This document shows positions 17,221-27,056 of a stretch of 64,000 nt of DNA, one piece after another (position 1 is the first letter of the stretch; the number at the start of each line of letters is the position of its first letter). Source of the stretch: Nitrospirota bacterium (GTDB lineage: Bacteria; Nitrospirota; Nitrospiria; 2-01-FULL-66-17); NCBI GenBank assembly GCA_049325335.1, contig JBMOMC010000002.1, positions 46,612-110,611 of the forward strand. Reading direction: 5' to 3'. The notes beneath the pieces were generated by a model. The model saw only the letters and a list, made by a program, of their open reading frames with translations, searched no databases and was not told the origin of the DNA. Position numbers and translations under genes: made by a program.

Positions 17221-19008
17221 GTGGCTATACTTGGCCGCGTCGCGAGGGGAGCCGTTTGGTCGGTCTTCCTCGCGCTCTTACTTATCGCAGACATGGTGCA
17301 CGAACCCCTCAAGCCGGCATCTGTTGGAGCCCAGCTGGCACCCGAAAATCCTTTGGTCGAGTCCGCCCGCGAGGTGATGCGCGGGTTGGTCAAGGCCGTC
17401 AAAGCGTCGAAGATGTATCTGCCGGAGCACGAGATTTGCCGGAAGTTCCGAGACGATTTTGCAGGGCGGCTGTTGCGGCATCTGGACGAACAGGGCGACC
17501 TGGCGCTGACGGTCAAGGGGTGCGAGTTCTATGTCGGAGACACGCCGGTGTATGAGGAGCCCAACCGGTTCGAGAATCTGGCGTTTCGGTGTTCGTCGGA
17601 CGGCCTTTGTGAATTGGTCCTCCACCAGGGGCTGACGCGCGCAGACCTCGACCGGTTGTTGGATGTGCTCACGTCCGACGCGCGGCCGCTGGACAACGAC
17701 ATTGTCACTAGGTTGTGGGAGCAGCCGATTCCGCACGTCACGTATGAAGTGGCCGAGGTCGATGAAGCCTCGGATCGCGAGGTGGCGCTGTCATCCCGAC
17801 CGCCGGGCGCGAGATCGTTGTCCGAAGCCGCTGATGACGCTCCAGGGGCCGGGGCGCCCGCTCCTGAGCCGGAGGTCATTCCCGACTCGCTGCGTCATGA
17901 CAGTCCGGTGTTCACGCTGACGGATCAGGACATCGAGTTGCTGCAACGGCAAGTGGTGGAAGACAGCACGCAGGATTACGTGGGGCAGTTGATCGATATT
18001 CTGACGTCGATTCTGATGTTGGACGACGATGAGCAGTCGTTTCTGGAAGTGTTGCAGGTGTTGGACGACATTGTGGCCGCCAGCGTCACGCAGGATCGGT
18101 TCGAGCGCGCCAACGATATCGTGAGCCGGTTGTCGGCGTTGCGGGACGACGAGGTCAAGGTCTCGGCGCGCAGTCGCGAGTTGATTCGCGTAGTCTGGAC
18201 CCAGATGGGGAGTTGGGAGCGCGTGGCGCCCTTGGGGAATTCCCTCAGTCGGCAAGGCGCGTGGGAGTCGGACGCCATTGCGCGCTATCTGATCCAACTG
18301 CCGTCTTCCGCCGTGGACTCGCTGATCACTCTGCTCGATCACGTGCAGACCGCCAAAGGGCGACGGATCATTTGCGACGCGTTGACCGCGTTTGCGGGCG
18401 AGGCGCTGGACGCCATGCTCTCGCGGCTTCCGGAGGCGCCTTGGTACGTGGCGCGCAATCTGATCTATGTTCTGGGGCGCGTGAAGGATCCTCGTGCTCA
18501 GCCGGCATTGGAAACGTTCATGGGGCATGCCGATGTGCGCCTTCGCCGCGAAACGCTCAAGGCGTTGGAAGCGCTCGGCGCCGAGCGGCTGGCCGAGGCG
18601 CTTCCCCAGTGGTTGGGTGATGATGACGACGGGGTGCGACTGCACGTGCTTCGTTTGGCGCGCCGTCATCCATCGCGGGATCTTCTGGCGGCCTTGATCG
18701 CGGCGATCAATGACCGCGGGTTTGCCCACCGCAAGGACGCGGAACAGCGCGAGTGGTTTGATACGCTCGCGGATGTTGGGGGCGACGCGGCGTTGTCGCT
18801 GATCCGGCCGTGGTTGGAGCTGGGACGCGGGTGGCGGCAACTCTGGTCGGCGCGGCACGATGCGCGGGCGCGGCATGCCGTGGCGCTGGTGCGGCGAGTC
18901 GGGTCCTCCGCCGCGGTGGCGCTCTTGCGGGAAACCGTCGCGTCCGCGCGAGGGGACATCCGCGAGGAAGCGCGCCGCGCCCTGCAGGACCTGGAGCGTG
19001 CGGCGTGA
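17221..19008 (+). CDS. HEAT-repeat protein
   Basis: Repeated HEAT/PBS-lyase-like units in the C-terminal half; GTG start; stop overlaps next gene start. Confidence 0.7.
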   Translation: MAILGRVARGAVWSVFLALLLIADMVHEPLKPASVGAQLAPENPLVESAREVMRGLVKAVKASKMYLPEHEICRKFRDDFAGRLLRHLDEQGDLALTVKGCEFYVGDTPVYEEPNRFENLAFRCSSDGLCELVLHQGLTRADLDRLLDVLTSDARPLDNDIVTRLWEQPIPHVTYEVAEVDEASDREVALSSRPPGARSLSEAADDAPGAGAPAPEPEVIPDSLRHDSPVFTLTDQDIELLQRQVVEDSTQDYVGQLIDILTSILMLDDDEQSFLEVLQVLDDIVAASVTQDRFERANDIVSRLSALRDDEVKVSARSRELIRVVWTQMGSWERVAPLGNSLSRQGAWESDAIARYLIQLPSSAVDSLITLLDHVQTAKGRRIICDALTAFAGEALDAMLSRLPEAPWYVARNLIYVLGRVKDPRAQPALETFMGHADVRLRRETLKALEALGAERLAEALPQWLGDDDDGVRLHVLRLARRHPSRDLLAALIAAINDRGFAHRKDAEQREWFDTLADVGGDAALSLIRPWLELGRGWRQLWSARHDARARHAVALVRRVGSSAAVALLRETVASARGDIREEARRALQDLERAA

Positions 19009-20474
19009 CGCGCGGCGGGACTCCTCATCACGCGGCGCCCAAACTGTTCGATGCGGTCAAGGGCAGTCACATCCGAGACGAGAACCTGCACCGGATCGGC
19101 AAACGCCTCGTGTATCAAGTTCACATTCTCCTCAAGACCGCGCACATCCATTTGGCGGGCAACGTGGCGCTGAGTCAATCCGCGGACCGGCTGGTCAAGA
19201 CCGTCGTGGAGGTGCACGACTGGCGGGCCGAGCCCGTGTTGCGCCAGGACGGCGATCATGTATACCTCGATGACATTCGGCTCAAGGTTGATCTGGAAGG
19301 GTACATCGGGTTCAGCGAAGTGATCGCCGCTATGCAGGCGCGCGGGGTGGGAAGCGTTCGGTTCGACGCGGGCCTGAGCCCTGGAGACGTCATCGCGTTC
19401 GCGCACGAGTGGGCGACCGCCGCGACCACGACCGCGGAGGAACTGGGCGCGGCCCTGACCCGCGTTGGGGTGTCGCACGTGGAGGTTGCCCCGCCGCTGT
19501 CGGCCCGCGCGAAGCCGTCCCGCGAACACGAGAGCCAGAAAGCGGTGGCCAAACGCACCTACTTCCGCACGATCTCCGCCGTCGCGGAGGTGATGGAGAG
19601 CGTCAAACTCAAACAGGCGGTGGGCGTACGAAAGTCCAAACGCGTGGTGCAGGGCCTCGTGGACAACCTGTTGCAGGATGAGAACACCTTGCTGGGTCTC
19701 ACCACGCTGCGAAGCCACGACGAATACACGTACAGCCATTGCGTGAACGTCTGTATCCTCGCGCTCTCGATCGGTCAGCGGCTGGGTTATGAACGGACGC
19801 ACCTGTCCGAACTCGGCGTAGCCGCCCTGTTCCACGACGTGGGGAAGACGGACATTCCACTGGAGATCCTGAACAAGGCGGGGGATTTCACGCCGGAGGA
19901 CTGGCGGGTCATTCGGCGGCATCCCGTGTATGGCGTGAAAAGCCTGTTGCGCCTCAAGGGGCTCGACGACGTGTCCACGAAGATCGTGATCGCGGGATTC
20001 GAGCATCACCTCAATTATGACTTGTCGGGGTATCCCAAGATCGCAGTGCCGCGCAAACTCACCTTGTTCGGGCGGATCATCTCGCTCGCGGATTGTTACG
20101 ACGCCATGACCGCCTCGCGCGTGTACAGCCGGGTGCCGCTGTCGCCCGACAAGGCGTTGAGCCTCATGGCGGCCAAGGCCGGGACGGTGTACGACCCGTT
20201 ATTGCTCAAGGTGTTCGCCAACACGATGGGCGTGTACCCGGTGGGGACGATTGTGCGGTTCGACACCGGGGAACTGGCGGTGGTCGTCGGTGGCCACCAG
20301 TCCGCGGATCGCCGCGCGCATCCATTGGTCAAACTTATTCGTGACGCCTCGGGCCGCGAGGTGGACGGGGACACGATCGACCTCGCGGCCGCGAACGCGC
20401 GTCCGACGCGTCGGATCGTGGACACCGCGGACGCCCAGTCGCTCGGCATCGACCTCGCCCGGTACTTTCTGTAG
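19005..20474 (+). CDS. HD-GYP domain phosphohydrolase (putative c-di-GMP phosphodiesterase) with N-terminal sensor region
   Basis: HD motif (ALFHDVGK), HHLNYDLSGYP (GYP motif); GTG 19005 overlaps the HEAT gene stop (GTGA). Confidence 0.8.
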   Translation: MTRGGTPHHAAPKLFDAVKGSHIRDENLHRIGKRLVYQVHILLKTAHIHLAGNVALSQSADRLVKTVVEVHDWRAEPVLRQDGDHVYLDDIRLKVDLEGYIGFSEVIAAMQARGVGSVRFDAGLSPGDVIAFAHEWATAATTTAEELGAALTRVGVSHVEVAPPLSARAKPSREHESQKAVAKRTYFRTISAVAEVMESVKLKQAVGVRKSKRVVQGLVDNLLQDENTLLGLTTLRSHDEYTYSHCVNVCILALSIGQRLGYERTHLSELGVAALFHDVGKTDIPLEILNKAGDFTPEDWRVIRRHPVYGVKSLLRLKGLDDVSTKIVIAGFEHHLNYDLSGYPKIAVPRKLTLFGRIISLADCYDAMTASRVYSRVPLSPDKALSLMAAKAGTVYDPLLLKVFANTMGVYPVGTIVRFDTGELAVVVGGHQSADRRAHPLVKLIRDASGREVDGDTIDLAAANARPTRRIVDTADAQSLGIDLARYFL

Positions 20475-20600
20475 CCGCAGCGCGGTCTCCCCTTGATTTT
20501 CCCTCAGGCTGTGGTGTATCTCTATCCCGGTTTTGGGGACGGGTGTCCCCCTCCGGAATATGCATCCAACTGACATGAGAGAGGGGAGGTGATCGTAGTG

Positions 20601-20897
20601 ATGAAGAAGCTCGTGGTGGTGCCCTTGATTGCCGCGCTGTTGATGCTGCCCTTGACCGGGTGTGAATCCAAAAAGCTCAAAGAGGAGAACGCGAGTCTGA
20701 AACAACAAGTGGACTCGTTGACCCAAGAGAAGAACGGGTTGGCGGCGAAGACCGACGAATTGAGCAAGTCCAACATGGACCTCCAGGCGAAGATCGGCGA
20801 CTTGGAAAAGAAGGTGGAAGAGTTGTCAAAGCCGAAACCGGCTCCGAAGCCCGCGGCGAAGGCGCCCGCCAAGAAAGCTCCGGCGAAGAAGAAGTAA
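20601..20897 (+). CDS. Lpp-like coiled-coil lipoprotein with Lys/Ala/Pro-rich tail
   Basis: Signal peptide + lipobox LTGC, heptad-like segment, tail KPKPAPKPAAKAPAKKAPAKKK; GGAGG 11 nt upstream of ATG 20601. Confidence 0.6.
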   Translation: MKKLVVVPLIAALLMLPLTGCESKKLKEENASLKQQVDSLTQEKNGLAAKTDELSKSNMDLQAKIGDLEKKVEELSKPKPAPKPAAKAPAKKAPAKKK

Positions 20898-20921
20898 GGC
20901 GGTTGTCGATGATGTGTCGCG

Positions 20922-20946
20922 AGGGCGGACCGATTCGGTCCGCCCT
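20922..20946 (+). terminator. hairpin terminator after lipoprotein gene
   Basis: AGGGCGGACCG att CGGTCCGCCCT, perfect 11-bp stem, followed by T-containing tract. Confidence 0.55.
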
Positions 20947-21043
20947 TCGTGTTGTGGCTCCGCGTCATTCGTGGGGTGGCGTAGGGCTGCTGGGTTCAGG
21001 GCTTTACACGGTTCTGCGGCCGGCAGTAGGATAGCGGGACCCG

Positions 21044-22540
21044 ATGGTTACGCCACGCCTCCGTTCCGCCGCCCCGCGCGGTCCGTTCCGCGCGTTCCAA
21101 CGTCTTCATCTCACCACCAAACTCCTCTTGATGATGGGAGTGCTGACCGTGCTATCGCTCGGTTCGGTCTTCCTGTTCTATGCGTATAATGAACGACTGC
21201 TCATTCGAGAGATTACCGAGAATGTGAACGATCTCTCATCCGCGATCCAGATCAGCGGCGAGGAATTGACCAGCCAGGCGTCCACCAACGAGGGCCGGCT
21301 TCAAGATTATGTGGGCCGGTTGACTAAAAAGGGCGTGCGGGAAATTTCCATCATCAGTAACTCCGAAAAGGTCATTGCCAGCTCAAACCCGACTCGCGTG
21401 GGCCAGAAAATCAACCCGCATCGCAAGGATTTGTTCATCACGGCGCGACTGGGCGAGGGCAACGCCGAAGGCGTTCAGACCCATAATCTCTTGGTGCCGA
21501 TTGTCGTGGACAAGCAACAGGTCGGCTACGCCCACATCATGTTGGTGATGGACGATTACGAGCGGCTGCTCCGGACGAATCTGATCAAACGGTTGATGGT
21601 GACGGGCGGGATCTTCGGGCTCGGAGCCGGACTGGTGCTGTTTTTGTCGTGGCGGTACACGCGTCCCATCTATCAGGTCGTTGCGGTCGCCAAGCAAGTG
21701 GCCGCGGGCAACCTGTCGGCCACGCTTCCTCAAGACCGCGGCGACGAAATCGGCGAGCTGATTGCCAGCGTGAACGAGATGGTCGATCGGCTCAGAGAGC
21801 AGCGCGCCTTGGAAGACCGGCTGCGCGAGGCCGAGCGGTTTTCGGCGTTGGGGCAGCTCGCGGCTGGGATTGCCCACGAGATCCGCAATCCACTGAATTT
21901 CATCAGCCTGTCCCTCGACCGCGTTCGAGATCTCGTCAAGCGGGAGGATGGCGGCCGATCCGATGAGATCCCGGCGCTCCTCGGGAGTATCAAGGGCGAG
22001 GTGTTCCGGCTCAATCGCCTGATCGATAGTTTTTTGAAGTACGGGCGTCCGGTGAAGCTGGCGCGGCAGTGGGTGTCGGTGCGCGCGCTGCTGGACGACG
22101 TGATCGCGCTGGTCCGCCCGAAAGCGGATGAAGCCCGCGTGGCGCTGTCGGTGGACGGGGAGTCCCTTCCGCCGTGTTTCGTGGATCCCGAGCAGATCAC
22201 CCGGTGCGTCATGAACGTGATGCTCAATGCCTTTCAGTCGATGCCGGACGGCGGGAGACTGCGCGTGGTCTTGGCCTTGGAGCCCGGGGGCGACGAGTCC
22301 GTCGGGCGGTTCGTGCGGCTGGCAATCGGGGACACCGGGGCCGGTATCGGAGAAGAGGACTTGTCCCGGGTGTTCGAACCGTATTTTACGACCAAGAAGC
22401 TGGGCATCGGTCTGGGACTAGCCCTGACCAAGCAGATTATCGAAGAACACGGCGGGACGATCGCGATTGCCAGCCGGATCGGCGAGGGAACCACGGTCTC
22501 GATGCGGGTGCCGGTCGGACGCGACGAGGCGCGCGGATGA
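21044..22540 (+). CDS. sensor histidine kinase (TM-HAMP-HisKA-HATPase)
   Basis: H-box HEIRNPLNFIS, N/G boxes (DTGAGIGEED, GIGLGL). Confidence 0.85.
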   Translation: MVTPRLRSAAPRGPFRAFQRLHLTTKLLLMMGVLTVLSLGSVFLFYAYNERLLIREITENVNDLSSAIQISGEELTSQASTNEGRLQDYVGRLTKKGVREISIISNSEKVIASSNPTRVGQKINPHRKDLFITARLGEGNAEGVQTHNLLVPIVVDKQQVGYAHIMLVMDDYERLLRTNLIKRLMVTGGIFGLGAGLVLFLSWRYTRPIYQVVAVAKQVAAGNLSATLPQDRGDEIGELIASVNEMVDRLREQRALEDRLREAERFSALGQLAAGIAHEIRNPLNFISLSLDRVRDLVKREDGGRSDEIPALLGSIKGEVFRLNRLIDSFLKYGRPVKLARQWVSVRALLDDVIALVRPKADEARVALSVDGESLPPCFVDPEQITRCVMNVMLNAFQSMPDGGRLRVVLALEPGGDESVGRFVRLAIGDTGAGIGEEDLSRVFEPYFTTKKLGIGLGLALTKQIIEEHGGTIAIASRIGEGTTVSMRVPVGRDEARG

Positions 22541-23901
22541 CGCGATCGCTGCTGGTGGTGGACGACGAGCGCTCGCAACGCGAGATTCTGGAGCGTATTC
22601 TTCGCGACGAGGGGTACGAGGTGCGCACCGCGGGGACGGCGCGGGAGGCGGCCTCGATTCAGCGCCGTGGTCCGTGTGACGTCGTCCTGAGCGACGTGAA
22701 GATGCCGGACACCGAGGGGGTGTCCGTGCTGAACGATCTGCTCGGCGCGGCGCCAAACTCGACCGTGATCCTGATGACCGCGCACGGAACGATCGACTCC
22801 GCGGTGGACGCGATGAAAAAGGGCGCGTTCGACTACCTGACGAAGCCGCTGGATAAGGATGAGTTGCTGATCACCATCGCGCGGGCGTTCGAGCGCGTGA
22901 GCCTCTTGCGGGAGAACCGGCGGCTGCGCCAAGAACTAGATGACCGCGTTCGGGTCGGAAGCCTCATCGGACACCACCCGTCGATGCAGGACATCATCAA
23001 GGTCATCAAGAAGGTGGCGCCCAGCGCGTCGACCGTCTTGATCGTGGGTGAGAGCGGCACCGGCAAAGAGCTCATTGCGCGCGCGATTCATGATGAGAGC
23101 CCCCGACGGGAGCTGCCGTTTCAGGCGATCAACTGCGCGGCCATTCCCGATCCGCTGATGGAAAGCGAACTGTTCGGCTATGAGAAGGGGGCGTTCTCCG
23201 GCGCGCAGACTCGCAGCATCGGCCTCTTCGAGGCGGCTCACCGCGGGACGATCTTCCTGGATGAGATCGGCGACCTCGGGCTCGGTCTGCAGGCGAAAAT
23301 CTTGCGCACGTTGCAGGAGCGGACGATTCGCCGGGTCGGGGGACAAGAAGAAGTCCCGATCGACGTTCGCGTGGTGGCGGCGACCAACAAAGACCTCGAA
23401 GCGGAGATCACCGCGGGTCGGTTCCGTCTGGATCTGTTCTATCGCCTCAACGTGGTGACGCTCCGGGTGCCGCCGCTTCGCGAGCGTACGGCGGACATCC
23501 CGTACCTGGTCGACGCGTTTCTTCACAAACACGAGGGTATGGACCGTGGCGCCAAGACCATCTCGAAAGACGCACTGCGCGTGCTGATGGACTATCCGTG
23601 GCCGGGCAACGTCCGTCAGTTGGCCGCGACCATCGAGCGCGCGGTACTGCTCTGCGAGAAAGATGAAATTCAGGTGGATGATCTCCCGCCGGAAATCCGT
23701 CGGCCGCCGTCTCCGCTTCCCACCCCGTTTCAACTCCCGGTCGGCGGCGTGTCGCTCGATCAGCTCGAACGATCCTTGATCGAACAGGCGATGGCTCAGA
23801 GTCATGGAGTGATCGCCAAGGCCGCCCGTCTCCTCGGGCTCTCATACAAGACGCTCCAATATCGGCTCGAGAAGTTGCGGGCCGCCGACCCGCCGACCTG
23901 A
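22537..23901 (+). CDS. sigma-54-dependent response regulator (NtrC family)
   Basis: Receiver domain, AAA+ domain with GESGTGKE and GAFSGA, C-terminal HTH; ATG overlaps kinase stop (ATGA). Confidence 0.9.
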   Translation: MTRSLLVVDDERSQREILERILRDEGYEVRTAGTAREAASIQRRGPCDVVLSDVKMPDTEGVSVLNDLLGAAPNSTVILMTAHGTIDSAVDAMKKGAFDYLTKPLDKDELLITIARAFERVSLLRENRRLRQELDDRVRVGSLIGHHPSMQDIIKVIKKVAPSASTVLIVGESGTGKELIARAIHDESPRRELPFQAINCAAIPDPLMESELFGYEKGAFSGAQTRSIGLFEAAHRGTIFLDEIGDLGLGLQAKILRTLQERTIRRVGGQEEVPIDVRVVAATNKDLEAEITAGRFRLDLFYRLNVVTLRVPPLRERTADIPYLVDAFLHKHEGMDRGAKTISKDALRVLMDYPWPGNVRQLAATIERAVLLCEKDEIQVDDLPPEIRRPPSPLPTPFQLPVGGVSLDQLERSLIEQAMAQSHGVIAKAARLLGLSYKTLQYRLEKLRAADPPT

Positions 23902-24014
23902 ACACCCCAAATGGGGTAGGCGGTCGCCGCATTTCGGGTATCGCGGCGGCCACGCGTTCGGGCCACGGTTTGCAACTCTCTCGATTGCCGAGTGTTTTAA
24001 CCCCGTCATGCTCC

Positions 24015-24030
24015 TGGCACGCCCTATGCT
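24015..24030 (+). promoter_or_regulatory. sigma-54 (-24/-12) promoter candidate
   Basis: TGGCACGcccTATGCT: GG and GC at correct 12-nt spacing, about 35 nt upstream of ATG 24066. Confidence 0.5.
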
Positions 24031-24065
24031 GTAGCGAGCTGTTTCAAGAAAGGAGGTGATGTCAG

Positions 24066-24329
24066 ATGAAGCAGTGGCTCAAGAGTGTGTGCGCGATGGC
24101 GGCGGTGTTGGTGTTCGCGGCGGCGGCGTATGCCGGGATGACCTCGGTCAGCGGCGAGGTCGCCAAGTACGAAGCCGGGAAGACCCTCTCGGTCAAAGAC
24201 GCCAAGGGCGCGGTGGCGATGTTCGAGATCTCCAAGGACACGAAGGTCGAAGGCGAGGTGAAAGTTGGCGCCAAGGTGTCCGTGGAGGCTGATGGAAACA
24301 AGGCCCATTCGGTCAAAGCGGCCAAATAA
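24066..24329 (+). CDS. small secreted protein of unknown function
   Basis: 87 aa, signal peptide (AAVLVFAAAAYA), strong AGGAGG RBS. Confidence 0.6.
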   Translation: MKQWLKSVCAMAAVLVFAAAAYAGMTSVSGEVAKYEAGKTLSVKDAKGAVAMFEISKDTKVEGEVKVGAKVSVEADGNKAHSVKAAK

Positions 24330-24364
24330 CGGTCGGGTCTGATTCCGGCACGGTACGGTAGGGG

Positions 24365-24393
24365 CGCCGATCCTCTCGGGAGGGGGATCGGCG
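24365..24393 (+). terminator. hairpin after small secreted protein gene
   Basis: CGCCGATCC / 11-nt loop / GGATCGGCG. Confidence 0.45.
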
Positions 24394-24470
24394 GCGCGCG
24401 CCGCACGGGCTTGCTTCCTTCTACCGTACCTGCCGGACGGCCTTGGCGTGAACACGACGGGAGACGCAAG

Positions 24471-24806
24471 ATGATGATGCGACGGGTGATGCCGTGGGTG
24501 GCGATCGGGCTGGTGGCCGTGTTGCCGATCCTCGGAGGTTGTGAAAGCAAACAACAACGGGAGGACAACGCAAAACTCAAGGCGCAGGTCCAAGCGTTGA
24601 CGCAGGAGAAGGGCGAGTTGCAACGCAAGGTGGACGGCGCGCAACAAGAGCAGGCTCAGCTCAAGACGAAAGTCGATGAGTTGACGAAAAAAATCAGCGA
24701 CGCGGAGGCCAAGCTGGCCGCGGCGGCCAAGCCCGCTCCCAAGGCGGCGAAAGTAACGGTCAAGCCGGCGGCCAAACCCGCCCCCAAACCGGCGGTCAAA
24801 AAGTAA
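24471..24806 (+). CDS. Lpp-like coiled-coil lipoprotein, paralog of 20601..20897
   Basis: Lipobox LGGC followed by ESK as in paralog; shared LTQEK motif; tail KPAPKAAKVTVKPAAKPAPKPAVKK. Confidence 0.6.
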   Translation: MMMRRVMPWVAIGLVAVLPILGGCESKQQREDNAKLKAQVQALTQEKGELQRKVDGAQQEQAQLKTKVDELTKKISDAEAKLAAAAKPAPKAAKVTVKPAAKPAPKPAVKK

Positions 24807-24873
24807 CCGTATCGAGCATCGGTTCTACCGAAGGGGCTTGCCTGGTCCGGCAGGCCCCTCGTGTATCAAGACC

Positions 24874-24901
24874 GAACAACGATTGACAGCAGCCGATTCG
24901 C
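24874..24901 (+). promoter_or_regulatory. sigma-70-type promoter candidate upstream of FHA gene
   Basis: TTGACA - 16 nt - TATATT, about 45 nt upstream of GTG 24946. Confidence 0.4.
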
Positions 24902-24945
24902 CTCTATATTTGTGATGGCTGGATCTGCCGCCCGAGGAAACGATC

Positions 24946-25323
24946 GTGTTAGACCCCGAACAAACCATTCGTCCGGACCTTTCCCACCCGTATTTGCCGG
25001 GGCGAGAACCCGCGTATCCGTTGTTGCGCGTGTTGAGCGGGCCGCTGGAGGGGCGCGAGTTTACCCTGACGGCCGATCGGTACGCGGTGGGCCGTGACGT
25101 GCAATCGGATATCGTCATCGCGCAGCCGGAGGTCTCTCGCCGGCACGCCGAGATCATTCGGATGGCCAGCGAATACGTGGTGATGGACCTCAAAAGCGCC
25201 AACGGGATTTACATCAATAATTTGAAACTCGATCGAGCCGTGTTGCACCACGGCGACGTGTTCCAGATCGGCTCCTGTGTGTTTCAGTTCATCTGGAGCC
25301 GACACCAGTCGTCACCGCCGTAA
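24946..25323 (+). CDS. FHA domain protein
   Basis: FHA signature GR...DIVI...VSRRHAEI...DLKSANGIYIN...L..GDVFQIG. Confidence 0.75.
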   Translation: MLDPEQTIRPDLSHPYLPGREPAYPLLRVLSGPLEGREFTLTADRYAVGRDVQSDIVIAQPEVSRRHAEIIRMASEYVVMDLKSANGIYINNLKLDRAVLHHGDVFQIGSCVFQFIWSRHQSSPP

Positions 25324-25326
25324 CGC

Positions 25327-26952
25327 ATGGGCCGGCGCACACCCGCCAAGGGACGGTCGCGACGCCCGAGGGCGTCTCCACGGACGGCCGCGACGCCGTC
25401 GAAGCTCTCCACGCTCCTGGAACACCTCCCCGGCATGATGTATCGGTCGCGGGCCGACGGGCGTCACACGATCGAGTTCGCGAGCGAGGGGTGTTTCGAC
25501 TTGACCGGGTATCGCCCCGAGGCGTTGACGGCCGGGATGACGAGGCCGGATCTGGTCCATCCCGACGACCAATGGTCCGTGGAGCGCGCCATTGGAGACG
25601 CGGTGGGCGCCAAACGCGCGTTTCGGGTGGAGTACCGATTGCGGACCGCGTCCGGGGAGACGCGGTGGGTCTCCGAGCAGGGGCGGGGAGTGTACACCCG
25701 TCGCGGCGCGCTCACCGCGGTGGAAGGCTACGTCAGCGACATCACGGAGCAGAAATCGGCCGAGCGGTTGCTGGCCGAGCAGGCGATCCGCGATGCGCTG
25801 ACCGGTTTGTACAACCGCCGATTTTTCGACGAACGCATCGACATTGAGTTGGCCCGCGCCAGACGCAACGGCCACGCCGTCGCGTTTTTGATGTGCGATC
25901 TTGATCATTTTAAATCCATCAACGACAGCCGGGGGCATCAGATCGGCGACGAGGTGCTCAAGGCCGTGGCCAACGTGATCATGGCGGCCACGCGCGGCAG
26001 CGACATGGTCGTGCGGTGGGGGGGCGATGAAGTCGTCATCGTATTGTCCGAAACGAACGAAGCCGGCGGCCGTATCGTGGCCGACCGCATTCGGCGGGCG
26101 GTGTGTCGGCTGAGCGAGGCCCGGGACATCCGGTTCGACATCAGCATCGGGATCGCGGTGTTCCCGAGCCACGGCGAATCCGTGAGCCAGATCATTCGGC
26201 TCGCCGACCGCGCGCTGTATATCGCCAAAAAAAGCGGGGAGCGCATCCATGTCGGGGACGAACACTACCGGTTGGACGAACAGGCCATCAAAGTGGTGTT
26301 TCAGCCGATTGTGGACGTCTGGTCCGACCAGGTGTTGGGATACGAAGCCCTGAGCCGAGACCCCGAGGGCCGGTTGAGCGTGGCCGAGTTGTTTCGCAAG
26401 TACCACGTGGTGGGTCAACTCGACGAACTCAAAACGATCTGTTTCAAGGAGCAGTTGCGGGTCGCGGAGGAACTCCGATTGAACCGGATTTTCCTGAACG
26501 TGGATTTCCACGTCTTGGAACATCTGGAACCGCCGCCCAAGCCGGACGGCACCGACGTCATCGTCGAAATCTCCGAGCGCGACGCGCTCCACGACGTGGA
26601 GCGGCATTTGGAGATCGCGGTGAAGTGGCGCGCGTGCGGCTACAAGTTCGCCATCGACGATTTCGGCGCGGGCTTCGTGTCGCTGCCGTTCGTGGCGCGG
26701 CTGATGCCCGAGTACATCAAGATCGACCGATCGCTGGTGCTCCAAGCCGTGGCGTCGGACACATTTAAGGGGTTTTCCAAACATCTCCTAATCGCCTTGA
26801 GGACCTATGCCACCGAGGGGATCATCGCCGAGGGGATCGAAACGGAACGAGAACTGGCGGCGATGAAGGGGATCGGGATTTTTATCATCCAAGGGTTTCT
26901 TTTGGGGCGTCCCCGGGCATTGGGGCCGGACCAGTCCGCCGACGCCGCGTAG
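25327..26952 (+). CDS. PAS-GGDEF-EAL protein (variant GGDEV motif; EAL residues intact)
   Basis: PAS region, GGDEF domain with RWGGDEV, EAL domain with YEALSR, DDFGAGF, EGIETE, QGF. Confidence 0.85.
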   Translation: MGRRTPAKGRSRRPRASPRTAATPSKLSTLLEHLPGMMYRSRADGRHTIEFASEGCFDLTGYRPEALTAGMTRPDLVHPDDQWSVERAIGDAVGAKRAFRVEYRLRTASGETRWVSEQGRGVYTRRGALTAVEGYVSDITEQKSAERLLAEQAIRDALTGLYNRRFFDERIDIELARARRNGHAVAFLMCDLDHFKSINDSRGHQIGDEVLKAVANVIMAATRGSDMVVRWGGDEVVIVLSETNEAGGRIVADRIRRAVCRLSEARDIRFDISIGIAVFPSHGESVSQIIRLADRALYIAKKSGERIHVGDEHYRLDEQAIKVVFQPIVDVWSDQVLGYEALSRDPEGRLSVAELFRKYHVVGQLDELKTICFKEQLRVAEELRLNRIFLNVDFHVLEHLEPPPKPDGTDVIVEISERDALHDVERHLEIAVKWRACGYKFAIDDFGAGFVSLPFVARLMPEYIKIDRSLVLQAVASDTFKGFSKHLLIALRTYATEGIIAEGIETERELAAMKGIGIFIIQGFLLGRPRALGPDQSADAA

Positions 26953-27056
26953 GCTCGGCCCCTCGTAGGATTCCTCCGTACGGCGCCGGCCGTCACGAGT
27001 CCGGCGTCAGCCGCCTCGGGGTGCGTGATCGTGCCGGAACCGTCCGGCGCACGCTG

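Noticed and set aside
20977-20992. Sigma-54-like motif TGGCGTagggcTGCTG upstream of the sensor kinase gene
   Set aside because: GG to GC spacing is 11 nt rather than the required 12 and the -24 element deviates from TGGCAC.
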